Positions 20,670 through 29,152 of a DNA stretch of 32,000 nt are shown here, piece after piece. How positions within the stretch are numbered: position 1 is the first letter of the stretch; each line of letters opens with the position of its first letter. Source of the stretch: Synechococcus sp. A15-24 (GTDB lineage: Bacteria > Cyanobacteriota > Cyanobacteriia > PCC-6307 > Cyanobiaceae); the NCBI RefSeq assembly GCF_014280195.1, contig NZ_CP047960.1, positions 180,001 to 212,000 of the forward strand, given 5' to 3'. The notes beneath the pieces are model-generated. The model searched no databases. It saw only the letters and a program-made list of their open reading frames with translations, and had not been told where the DNA came from. The translations under genes and the position numbers were made by a program.

Positions 20670-21728
20670 AGCAGGCGTCTCGCTGTGTCGCTGACAAAGG
20701 CGGGCAATCATGCCCTCCTCATCCGCTGGGATCACAACGGTCGAAAAGTCTCCCCACCAGGACAAGGCTGTCGCCAACTCCTGCTTGAGTTGCTCGTCGT
20801 GCTCGCCGATTCCACCGGTCAGCGCCTGCACATCCACACCGCCGAGGCTGGCGGCCATCGACCCCAGCAGCTGCAGCAGCCTATGGCGGAACACATCCAA
20901 GGCTCGAATGGCCCCGTTGTGGCCGGTTGCAGCCGCTTCGCGAATGGTTCGCATGTCACCGCTGAGGCCGGACAGTCCCTTGAGGCCTGATTCCTTCTGC
21001 AGGATCGTGGCCATTTGGTCTTCGCTGTAGCCCTCTCGCATCAGTTCCAGCAAAAGCCCGGGGTCGACGTTGCCGGAACGGGTGGCCATCACCAGCCCTC
21101 CCAAGGGGGTAAATCCCATGGTGGTATCGATGCAACGCCCGCCTCTTACCGCTGCCAGCGAGGCCCCTGCTCCGAGGTGAGCGCTGATCAGCCGCAGCTG
21201 TGATGGATCTTTGCCCTGCCCACGCCATTGAGCGGCCACCGTTTCGGAGACGTGCTGATGGTTGATCCCGTGGAAACCGAAGCGACGGAAGCCCTTGTTC
21301 CTGAACTCGCTTGGGATGGCATAGGTTTAAGCCGCAGCGGGAAGGCTGCTGTGGAAGGCGGTGTCGAAACAGGCCCTTTGCGGCAGCTCTGGGGCCCAGT
21401 GACGGGCCCAGGCGAATCCTTTCAACGCAGGCGGATTCTGCAGCGGCGCCAGGGGGATCAGCTCCGTCAGGGTGGCTTCCACTTCTTGCGTAATCAGGGT
21501 TGGGGCCGTGAAGCCTTCACCGCCATGGACCACGCGGTGACCAATCAGAGACACCTGATGACGATGGGGTCCCAGGGCTAGCGCGAGCCAGCTGTCCAGC
21601 ACCTCTTAAAGCGATTCATCCGCAGCCACACTGCGGCCGCCGTGCCAGGGGCAGGCCCCGGTGGAATCCACAAGGGCCGGCTTGAGGCTGGAACTGCCGA
21701 GATTGATAACCAGGGCAAGGTCGCCCAT
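20652..21728 (-). pseudogene. ackA: Acetate kinase interrupted by two in-frame TAA codons
   Basis: Three collinear same-frame pieces are present: MGDLALVINLGSSSLK... (21728-21609); LIGHRVVHGG...PLAPLQNP...FDTAFHSSLP (to 21330); and TYAIPSEF..FRRFGFHGINHQ...ISAHLGAGASLAAV..G.CIDTTMGFTPLGGLVMATRSG..DPG...TGGIGEH...VVIPADEE (to 20652). Stops are at 21606-21608 and 21327-21329, with no frameshift. The ATG overlaps the glgP stop (TGATG). Confidence 0.85.
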
Positions 21729-24250
21729 CAGCGCACGTCGCAGGTGATTTCGACGTTGAGGGGATCGACGTTCCAGATGTTCTTGCAGTACTCGCCGATG
21801 GATCGGTCAGAGGAGAAGAACCCGGTTCGGGCGGTGTTCAGCAGCGACATGCGGTTCCAGTGCATGCGATCAGTCCAGGCGAGGCTGACGGCCTCCTGGG
21901 CCCGCAGGTAGTCGGCGAAGTCCGCCATCACGAAGAACGGATCGTTGCCGGTGAGGTTGTCCAGCAGCGGACGGAACAGCTCGCTGTCGCCATTGCTGAA
22001 GTGGCCCATCTCGATCAAGCGCAGTGCTTCCTGCAGCTCAGGCATGGCGTTGATGAATGCGCCGGGGTTGTAACCGCTCTGCTTGAGTTCGTTGATCTCC
22101 TCCACGGTCTTGCCGAACAGGAAGAAGTTCTCAGCGCCCACCAGCTCGCGGATCTCCACATTGGCGCCATCTAGGGTGCCGATGGTGAGGGCACCGTTCA
22201 TGGCGAACTTCATGTTGCCGGTGCCGGAGGCTTCCTTGCCGGCGGTGGAGATCTGCTCGGAGAGGTCGGAGGCGGGGTAGACCTGCTCGCCGAGCTTCAC
22301 GTTGTAATCCGGCAGGAACACCACCCGCAGGCGGCCGTCCATGTCGGGATCGGCGTTGACGGTCTCGGCGATGCCGTTGATGAAGCGGATGATCAGCTTG
22401 GCCATGTAGTAGCCGGGAGCGGCCTTGCCACCGAAGATCACGGTGCGGGGGGCCATGCCGTCGGCTCGACCGTTCTTGATACGCAGGTACTGGGTGATCA
22501 CCTGCAGCGCATTGAGGTGCTGGCGCTTGTACTCGTGGATGCGCTTCACCTGCACGTCGAACAACGTGGAGGGATCCACCAGCACACCGGTGTTGCGATG
22601 GATGTAGCTGGCCAGCTTGCGCTTCACCGACAGCTTGGTGTTGCCCCAGTGCTCAAGGAAGCCCTGGTCGTTCTGGCGCTCCTCCAGCTTGCGCAGGTTC
22701 TCCATGTTGGAGATCCAGTCCTCGCCGATGTGCTCGTTGAGCAGGGTGGACAGCTCGGGGTTGGCCAGGGCCACCCAACGGCGTGGGGTGACGCCATTGG
22801 TCACGTTGGTGAACTTCTCGGGCCAGAGCTCAGCGAATTCCGGCAGCAGATCGGTCTTGACCAAATCGGAGTGCAGTGCCGCCACGCCATTCACATGGTG
22901 GGCACCGATGGTGGCCAGGTGGGCCATGCGCACAGCCTTGCTGCCGTCTTCATCGATGATCGACAACTTGCGCTGGATAGCGTCGTTGCCGGGGTAACGC
23001 AGACGCAGCTGCTGGAGGAAGCGACGGTTGATCTCGTAGATCAGTTCCAGATGGCGGGGCAGCAGGTTGCCGAACAGGTTCAGGTCCCACTTCTCCAGTG
23101 CCTCCGGAAGCAGGGTGTGGTTGGTGTAAGCGACGGAACGGGAGGTGATGTCCCAAGCTTTGTCCCAATCCATGTGGCGGTCGTCGATCAGCAGACGCAT
23201 CAGCTCCGCAACAGCGATGGCGGGGTGGGTGTCGTTGAGCTGAACGGTCCAGTACTTGGGGAAGTCCTCAACGGGTAGCCCGCGGTTGTCGAGACTGCGC
23301 AGCATGTCCTGCAGGGAGCAGCTCACGAAGAAGTGCTGCTGCTTCAGTCGCAGACGGCGACCTTCATCGGTGCCATCGTTGGGATACAGCACCTTGGAGA
23401 GGGTTTCGCTGCCCACCTTTTCCTCAACGGCGCCGTAGTAATCGCCGATGTTGAAGGCATAAAAGTCGAAGCTCTCGGTGGCATCGGCGCGCCAGAGCCG
23501 CAGTCGATCGCAGATGTTGACGCGATAACCCAGCACGGGGACATCGTGGGGGATTCCGATGGCGTGCTCGGCGGGAATCCAGCGGGAGCGGTAGCTGCCC
23601 TTGTCGTCGATGTAGCTCTCGGTACGGCCACCGAAGCCAACGAAGCAGGCTTCATCAGGCTGGGGCAGTTCCCAGGGCCAGCCGCCCTTCAGCCACTTGT
23701 CGGTGATCTCCACCTGCCAGCCATCGCGGATCAGCTGGTCGAAGATGCCGAATTCGTAGCGGATGCCATAGCCCGTGGCGGGGATCTTCAAGCTGGCGAG
23801 GGACTCCAAATAGCAGGCCGCCAGGCGTCCCAAACCACCGTTGCCAAGTCCAGGTTCTTCCTCCACATCCAGGATCTGCTGGAGGGATTCGATCCCGAAG
23901 TTCCGAAGCGCTGCCTCGGCTTCCTGTTGAATCCCGAGGTTCAGCAGATTGTTGTTCAGCTGGGGCCCGATCAGGAACTCTGCCGAGAGGTAAGCGACAG
24001 ACTTCTGGGGATGGGCTCGCATCGCCTCAGTGGTGGCGAGATAGCGCATCATCAGGCGGTCGCGCACCGCATAGCTCAGCGCCATGTAGAGGTCATGGCG
24101 GCTGGCGGTAGGAGCGAGCTTGCCGAGGGTGAAGAACAGGTGCTCGGTCATGCCGTCGAAGACGCTCTTGGCGTCTAGGCCAGCCCGTTCGGGATCGTTG
24201 TAACAGCCGGGGGTCGGCAGGCGCAGGTCGAGGGGTTGGGACGTTGTCAT
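21728..24250 (-). CDS. glgP: Glycogen (alpha-1,4-glucan) phosphorylase
   Basis: The 840-aa product has LGNGGLGRLAAC, NDTHPAIAVAELMR, the PLP-site context EASGTGNMKFAMNGALTIGTLDGANVEI and IKRIHEYKRQ. Confidence 0.95.
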   Translation of the reverse strand: MTTSQPLDLRLPTPGCYNDPERAGLDAKSVFDGMTEHLFFTLGKLAPTASRHDLYMALSYAVRDRLMMRYLATTEAMRAHPQKSVAYLSAEFLIGPQLNNNLLNLGIQQEAEAALRNFGIESLQQILDVEEEPGLGNGGLGRLAACYLESLASLKIPATGYGIRYEFGIFDQLIRDGWQVEITDKWLKGGWPWELPQPDEACFVGFGGRTESYIDDKGSYRSRWIPAEHAIGIPHDVPVLGYRVNICDRLRLWRADATESFDFYAFNIGDYYGAVEEKVGSETLSKVLYPNDGTDEGRRLRLKQQHFFVSCSLQDMLRSLDNRGLPVEDFPKYWTVQLNDTHPAIAVAELMRLLIDDRHMDWDKAWDITSRSVAYTNHTLLPEALEKWDLNLFGNLLPRHLELIYEINRRFLQQLRLRYPGNDAIQRKLSIIDEDGSKAVRMAHLATIGAHHVNGVAALHSDLVKTDLLPEFAELWPEKFTNVTNGVTPRRWVALANPELSTLLNEHIGEDWISNMENLRKLEERQNDQGFLEHWGNTKLSVKRKLASYIHRNTGVLVDPSTLFDVQVKRIHEYKRQHLNALQVITQYLRIKNGRADGMAPRTVIFGGKAAPGYYMAKLIIRFINGIAETVNADPDMDGRLRVVFLPDYNVKLGEQVYPASDLSEQISTAGKEASGTGNMKFAMNGALTIGTLDGANVEIRELVGAENFFLFGKTVEEINELKQSGYNPGAFINAMPELQEALRLIEMGHFSNGDSELFRPLLDNLTGNDPFFVMADFADYLRAQEAVSLAWTDRMHWNRMSLLNTARTGFFSSDRSIGEYCKNIWNVDPLNVEITCDVR

Positions 24251-24462
24251 GGGGTTTCAGTGAGCCATGGAGTGTGGAATCACCGTCAGGCCAGGGGTGC
24301 TCGCAGCCCAACTCAATGAATTGATCGGAACGTAGCTATCACAACTAGGGCTGCCTGAAAAAAGGGGTCCTTCTACAGCATTCCCGGTTAATTGGGATCA
24401 TCCAGAGAACAGTTCAGCGGCGGAATCACCATTAATGTTCGTCAAAAGACTTGCTCGGCTTG

Positions 24463-25839
24463 ATGCTGTTGCCAACTCTGCTGATCGAAATCAGCAGTCA
24501 CGACCTTGAATTGGCGGAAACGATGATCAGCGTCCTTCGCTTCGTGCTGATTTTCGTGGCAGCCCGAACCCTCGCGGAGGTATTGGTGCGGTTCGAGCTG
24601 CCCACGATTCTCGGTGAGCTATTGGCTGGGGTGCTGATCGGTGCGTCGGGTCTGCATCTTCTTGTGCCGCCGGAGACCCAAGTTCAGCTTTCCGGAACTT
24701 TCTCTGCGGTCGTGTCCGGTCTGTCTCATGTGCCGGTGGAGAACATTCCAGAGCTTTATGACGAGAGCTTTGGGGCCCTGCAATCAGTGGCCACCTTGGG
24801 GCTTTACTCCCTGCTTTTCCTGACTGGGCTGGAGAGTGAGCTGGAGGAGCTGATGGCGGTAGGTGCTCAGGCGTTCAGTGTTGCCGTGGTGGGTGTAGTG
24901 CTGCCCTTCGCTCTAGGCACCTTCGGCCTGATGGCGATCTTCCACATAGGTGCGATTCCAGCGATCTTTGCGGGTGCATCGATGACGGCAACCAGCATCG
25001 GCATCACCGCGAGCGTTTTTGGTGAATTGGGGTATCTGCGCACCCGTGAGGGCCAGATCGTGATCGGTGCCGCTGTGCTCGACGACATCCTCGGAATCGT
25101 GATCTTGGCCATCGTGGTGTCCTTGGGAGCAGGCGGAAGCCTGCAGATCGGTCCCATAGTTCAGCTGGTGGTGGCTGCGGTGATGTTTGTTGTGGTAGCC
25201 CTGTTGTTGAGCCAAAAGGCTGCCCCTGCCTTCGACTGGCTGATTGATCAGCTCAAGGCTCCAGGCGCCAAGCTAATAGGGTCCTATTTGCTTCTCGCCG
25301 TGAGCTGCTTAGTGGCCTCGGCGATTGGTTTGGAGGCTGCTCTTGGGGCCTTTGCTGCTGGCTTGATCGCAAGTACTTCGAAGCACCGCCACGATATTCA
25401 GGCGGCGGTCACCCCCATCGTTGGCCTGTTCGCCACAATTTTCTTTGTGCTGGTTGGTGCCGGCATGGATCTGTCAGTTATCAATCCATCCGATCCTGGA
25501 GCCCGTTCCGCCCTTGTAGTGGCAGCCTTCCTGTTCGCAGTGGCGATCATCGGCAAAGTGGCGGCCGGCTGGGCCATCTTCAGTCAGGAGAAGACCAACA
25601 AACTGGTGGTGGGTCTTGGGATGATGCCTCGTGGCGAAGTCGGCTTGATTTTCCTGGGGCTGGGCACCGCCTCGGGTTTGCTCAGTGCTGGTCTTGAGGC
25701 AGCAATCCTGCTGATGGTGATCGGCACCACGTTCTTGGCTCCAGTGTTGTTGCGTCTCGTCCTGAAGGACAAGCCCCCTGAAGATGGGAATGAGGTCCCT
25801 GAGGAGTTCGCTGCTGATCCGCTGGCTGGAGCCTCCTGA
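24463..25839 (+). CDS. Cation:proton antiporter (CPA2 / Na+/H+ exchanger family)
   Basis: It has about 11-12 TM segments, with PTILGELLAGVLIG, AAVLDDILGIVIL and MMPRGEVGLIF motifs. The start is uncertain: TTG at 24451, ATG at 24463 or ATG at 24523. Confidence 0.85.
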   Translation: MLLPTLLIEISSHDLELAETMISVLRFVLIFVAARTLAEVLVRFELPTILGELLAGVLIGASGLHLLVPPETQVQLSGTFSAVVSGLSHVPVENIPELYDESFGALQSVATLGLYSLLFLTGLESELEELMAVGAQAFSVAVVGVVLPFALGTFGLMAIFHIGAIPAIFAGASMTATSIGITASVFGELGYLRTREGQIVIGAAVLDDILGIVILAIVVSLGAGGSLQIGPIVQLVVAAVMFVVVALLLSQKAAPAFDWLIDQLKAPGAKLIGSYLLLAVSCLVASAIGLEAALGAFAAGLIASTSKHRHDIQAAVTPIVGLFATIFFVLVGAGMDLSVINPSDPGARSALVVAAFLFAVAIIGKVAAGWAIFSQEKTNKLVVGLGMMPRGEVGLIFLGLGTASGLLSAGLEAAILLMVIGTTFLAPVLLRLVLKDKPPEDGNEVPEEFAADPLAGAS

Positions 25840-26160
25840 TTAGGTCCTGTCGCGATTGGTCAAGGTCAGCAAAAGGCTCCAGCCCAAGACCACCACGCCC
25901 AGGCTGGAGGCCCAGCCGGGACCCAAAGCCCAACTGCATCCCAGCTGTGTTGCTAGCCCAACGGCCATGGCCAGCAGCAGGCTGCTCAGGATCAGGACCC
26001 CCTGTCTCCAATCTTCTGGAATGGTGCTGGTCTCCAGGCTGGCTTCCAACCGACTGAGCGGTGCACTCAGGGGCACGTACAACGCCAGGGCCCAGATCAG
26101 GGCTCCCCTCCAGACAGCAGCATCGGCAAGGGGTCCGCTGATCACCTCGTAGCTCTGCAT
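25840..26160 (-). CDS. Hypothetical small membrane protein (106 aa, about 3 TM)
   Basis: The ORF has an ATG start and hydrophobic segments (ALIWALALYVPL, VLILSSLLLAMAVGLA, VVVLGWSLLLTL). It abuts the antiporter stop with 0-nt spacing. No family recognised. Confidence 0.5.
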   Translation of the reverse strand: MQSYEVISGPLADAAVWRGALIWALALYVPLSAPLSRLEASLETSTIPEDWRQGVLILSSLLLAMAVGLATQLGCSWALGPGWASSLGVVVLGWSLLLTLTNRDRT

Positions 26161-26207
26161 TCAGGCTTCGGACGGGCTGCCTAGCATCGCGCCTCCCGCC
26201 TTTCGTT

Positions 26208-27080
26208 GTGGACACCTACCGCTGGAGCCACCTCGGACATGCTGTCCACACGGTCCATCAACAGCCCGAGCAGGACTGCAGTGATCGTCCTGCGCTGTTG
26301 CTGGTTCATGGTTTTGGGGCGTCCACCGACCACTGGCGACACAACATTCCCGTGCTGGCCAAAACCCATGCCGTGCACGCGGTCGACCTACTGGGTTTTG
26401 GCCGCAGTGCCAAGCCAGCCGAGCTGGCCTATGGCGGCCCCCTCTGGCGCGACCAGCTGGTGGCCTATGTGAGGGAGCGCATCGGACGTCCCACGGTGAT
26501 TGCTGGAAATTCCCTCGGAGGCTTTGCTGCCCTGGCGGCTGGTGCAGCGCTCCACCAGGACTGCGCTGGTGTGGTGTTGCTCAATGCGGCCGGTCCCTTC
26601 AGTGATGAACAGCAGCTTCCCAAGGGGTGGGGCGCCATTGCACGGCAAAGCATCGGCAGTGCTCTGCTGAAAAGCCCGGTGCTGCAGAGGTTGCTGTTTG
26701 AAAATCTGCGCCGTCCGGCAACGATTCGTCGCACCCTCAATCAGGTGTATGTCGACAAAACCAATGTGGACGACTGGTTGGTGGAGTCGATCCGTCGCCC
26801 ATCGCTCGATCCCGGCGCCTTTGGTGTGTTCCGCACGGTGTTCGACATCCCCAGGGGGCAGCCCCTCGATGAGCTCTTCGCGGAGCTGACCGCACCTCTC
26901 CTGCTGCTCTGGGGGATCCGTGATCCTTGGATCAACGCCCCCGGACGGCGCTCCACGTTCCAGCGGCATGCGCCGGCGGCCACCACGGAGGTGGTGCTGG
27001 ATGCGGGCCACTGCCCCCATGACGAGGTGCCTGAACAGGTGAATGCCTCGTTGTTGGATTGGCTGGCTGATCTGACGTGA
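26208..27080 (+). CDS. Alpha/beta-fold hydrolase
   Basis: LLLVHGFGAS..HW is present with the nucleophile elbow GNSLGG. The C-terminus has D.W and AGHCPHDE (catalytic His). The start codon is GTG. Confidence 0.8.
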   Translation: MDTYRWSHLGHAVHTVHQQPEQDCSDRPALLLVHGFGASTDHWRHNIPVLAKTHAVHAVDLLGFGRSAKPAELAYGGPLWRDQLVAYVRERIGRPTVIAGNSLGGFAALAAGAALHQDCAGVVLLNAAGPFSDEQQLPKGWGAIARQSIGSALLKSPVLQRLLFENLRRPATIRRTLNQVYVDKTNVDDWLVESIRRPSLDPGAFGVFRTVFDIPRGQPLDELFAELTAPLLLLWGIRDPWINAPGRRSTFQRHAPAATTEVVLDAGHCPHDEVPEQVNASLLDWLADLT

Positions 27081-27147
27081 GCCACAGCACCGACAGATGA
27101 GGATTGGCCAGCTAGCTGGGTAGGCCAGACTCGGCGCGCCTCAGCGG

Positions 27148-28002
27148 ATGCCCATGACCCTCACCCAGCAGACCGCTCCCTATGCCCATTGGGAGTATCT
27201 CCATCCCGAGACCGGTGATCGTCTGCGGATCATTCCCGAACGGGGCGGCATCGTCAGCGAATGGCGCTGTGGTGAGCGTGAGGTGCTCTATTTCGACCAG
27301 GAGCGTTACGCCGACCCTGCCAAAAGCATTCGCGGGGGCATCCCCGTCCTGTTCCCCATCTGCGGCAATCTTCCCGGTGATCTGCTGCAGGTGAATGGTG
27401 TTGATCACACCCTCAAACAGCATGGTTTTGCCCGCAATCTTTCCTGGCAGCTGCAATTGCTGGATGACCAGAGAGGCGTGCGTCTCAGCCTTAGTAGCAC
27501 CGACGACACTCTTACGGCCTATCCCTTTGCCTTTGTGGTGGAGATGGAGGTGCGTTCTGTTGCCATGGCCCTAGAGATCAGCACCACGATTCACAACCGC
27601 AGCGATCAGCCGATGCCCTTCAGCTTCGGGCTGCACCCTTATTTCAACGTGAGCGATCTGGCCAAGACCCGACTCACCGGTCTGGCGGAGCGTTGTCTGA
27701 ATCATCTGGAGATGGCGGATGCTGCCACCGATGAGCAGCTGTCTTGCCTGCCGGAGGGCATCGATTTCCTCTGTCGGCCAGCTGGTGATGTCACCTTGAT
27801 CGATGACGTCACCGGTGCCCAGCTTCAGCTTCAGCATCAGGAGCCAATGGATCTCACCGTGGTCTGGACCGAACCCCCCCGCAAGATGGTGTGCCTGGAG
27901 CCTTGGACCGGACCCCGCCAATCCTTGGTGAGTGGTGACCGCAAGCTGGTGCTGGAGCCCGGCACCCAGCAGACCGTGGCCTGCCGCTACGCCGTGTCCT
28001 GA
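27148..28002 (+). CDS. Aldose 1-epimerase family protein (galactose mutarotase-like)
   Basis: GGIPVLFPICGNL, KQHGFAR...W, FGLHPYFNV and CLEPWTG are typical of the aldose-epimerase / glucose-6-P 1-epimerase-like fold. Confidence 0.8.
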   Translation: MPMTLTQQTAPYAHWEYLHPETGDRLRIIPERGGIVSEWRCGEREVLYFDQERYADPAKSIRGGIPVLFPICGNLPGDLLQVNGVDHTLKQHGFARNLSWQLQLLDDQRGVRLSLSSTDDTLTAYPFAFVVEMEVRSVAMALEISTTIHNRSDQPMPFSFGLHPYFNVSDLAKTRLTGLAERCLNHLEMADAATDEQLSCLPEGIDFLCRPAGDVTLIDDVTGAQLQLQHQEPMDLTVVWTEPPRKMVCLEPWTGPRQSLVSGDRKLVLEPGTQQTVACRYAVS

Positions 28003-29138
28003 TTGACCCCCGGCAGTCGTCGGCGGCAGAGTTGCTGCCGCGGATCGAACTGTCGCTTCACAGCTTCGATCACCGGACGGGCTGGCGTATCCAACCAGGC
28101 GGGGATGGCAGCTGTTTCTGGTTGCACGAGCACGGTCAGTGCCCCGCCGAGCTCAATCACGCTGCGGCGTAGGGCTTCCACCTGGAACGGTTGGCTGGCT
28201 CCGCTCGACCAGCCATCACCGCAACCGGCACCGGCGGCAACGTCCCAGCTCCAACCGGTCAGTGCCCACGCAGCTGGGCTTTGCAGCAGTTCAGACACCT
28301 TGGCGGGGGGGAGCACGACGCGCACCAGCCAGGTCGGTGCAGAACAGGTCAGTCCGTTGTCCCTTGGGTCTGAGCACGGTTGATGGTCTGATGTCAGGCC
28401 ATGGCTGCGGCCGATGTTGTCCAGCCGTTGCAGCTGCTCCTCAACCGCTTCGTCCGAAACGCTGCTCACCACGATTCTCAGCTGCAAACCCTGCTCAACG
28501 GAGCCCTGCCAGTCGCAGCGTTCGGGCGTGAGCGTGGAGCGCACTAGCTCGGCTCTGTAGCTCTCCAGGTCCGACAAGGCGCCATCGAGCACAAGCGCCG
28601 CTTGATGGGGCCGGACGGGCTGAACCCGCAGGGTGACGTCTGTGATCAGAGCCAAGCTGCCCCAGCTGCCGCAGAGCAGCCGCATCAGGTCATAGCCCGC
28701 CACATTTTTGACCACCCGTCCGCCGGCACGGGCTTCCACGCCATCGGCCCGCAGCAGGCCGATGCCGATGATCTGGTCGCGCACCCCGAGGTGACGTTGA
28801 CGCAATCCACCGGCCAGGCCCCGCGCCACCAGGCCGCCAATGCTGCCGGCGTTGCCATCACGGGGCAGATCAACCGGCAGCCACTGGCCCTGTTTGGCCA
28901 GCAGAGCCTGAAGGCTGTCGAGGGGCATACCCGCTTCCACAGACAGGGTCAGGTCGTCGACGGCATGGTCGATGACACGATCCAGATGGCGGCAGCTCAG
29001 TACGTCATGGCCGGGATCCAGACGAGGCCCCCAGCCCAGGTGCTGACCCAGGCCGCTAGGGATCCACGGGGTGGCGTCTTGATGCCACAGGCGCACCAGC
29101 TCGATCAAGGCGCTTCGGTCGGCGGGGGAATGGCTCAC
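27987..29138 (-). CDS. glcE: Glycolate oxidase/dehydrogenase FAD-binding subunit GlcE
   Basis: A PCMH-type FAD-binding domain is present, with VKNVAGYDLMRLLCGSWGSLALITDVTLRVQP. It has a GTG start at 19138-equivalent position 29138 and lies next to glcF. Confidence 0.8.
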   Translation of the reverse strand: MSHSPADRSALIELVRLWHQDATPWIPSGLGQHLGWGPRLDPGHDVLSCRHLDRVIDHAVDDLTLSVEAGMPLDSLQALLAKQGQWLPVDLPRDGNAGSIGGLVARGLAGGLRQRHLGVRDQIIGIGLLRADGVEARAGGRVVKNVAGYDLMRLLCGSWGSLALITDVTLRVQPVRPHQAALVLDGALSDLESYRAELVRSTLTPERCDWQGSVEQGLQLRIVVSSVSDEAVEEQLQRLDNIGRSHGLTSDHQPCSDPRDNGLTCSAPTWLVRVVLPPAKVSELLQSPAAWALTGWSWDVAAGAGCGDGWSSGASQPFQVEALRRSVIELGGALTVLVQPETAAIPAWLDTPARPVIEAVKRQFDPRQQLCRRRLPGVNQDTA

Positions 29139-29152
29139 GGCACGATGGTGCC

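Noticed and set aside
22517-24178. Two long plus-strand ORFs (253 aa and 281 aa) opposite glgP.
   Set aside because: They are antisense to an 840-aa glycogen phosphorylase with intact PLP-site motifs. No motifs of their own are visible.
24332-24345. An NtcA-like site GTA-N8-AAC in the glgP/antiporter divergent intergenic region.
   Set aside because: Only the GTA half matches the GTA-N8-TAC consensus. No properly spaced -10 box is evident, so this is insufficient evidence.
25682-26215. A 177-aa minus-strand ORF spanning the antiporter 3' end and the 106-aa membrane ORF.
   Set aside because: It is Arg/Gly/Pro/Gln-rich and crosses a gene boundary. It competes with a hydrophobic ORF (25840..26160) that has a much more protein-like composition.
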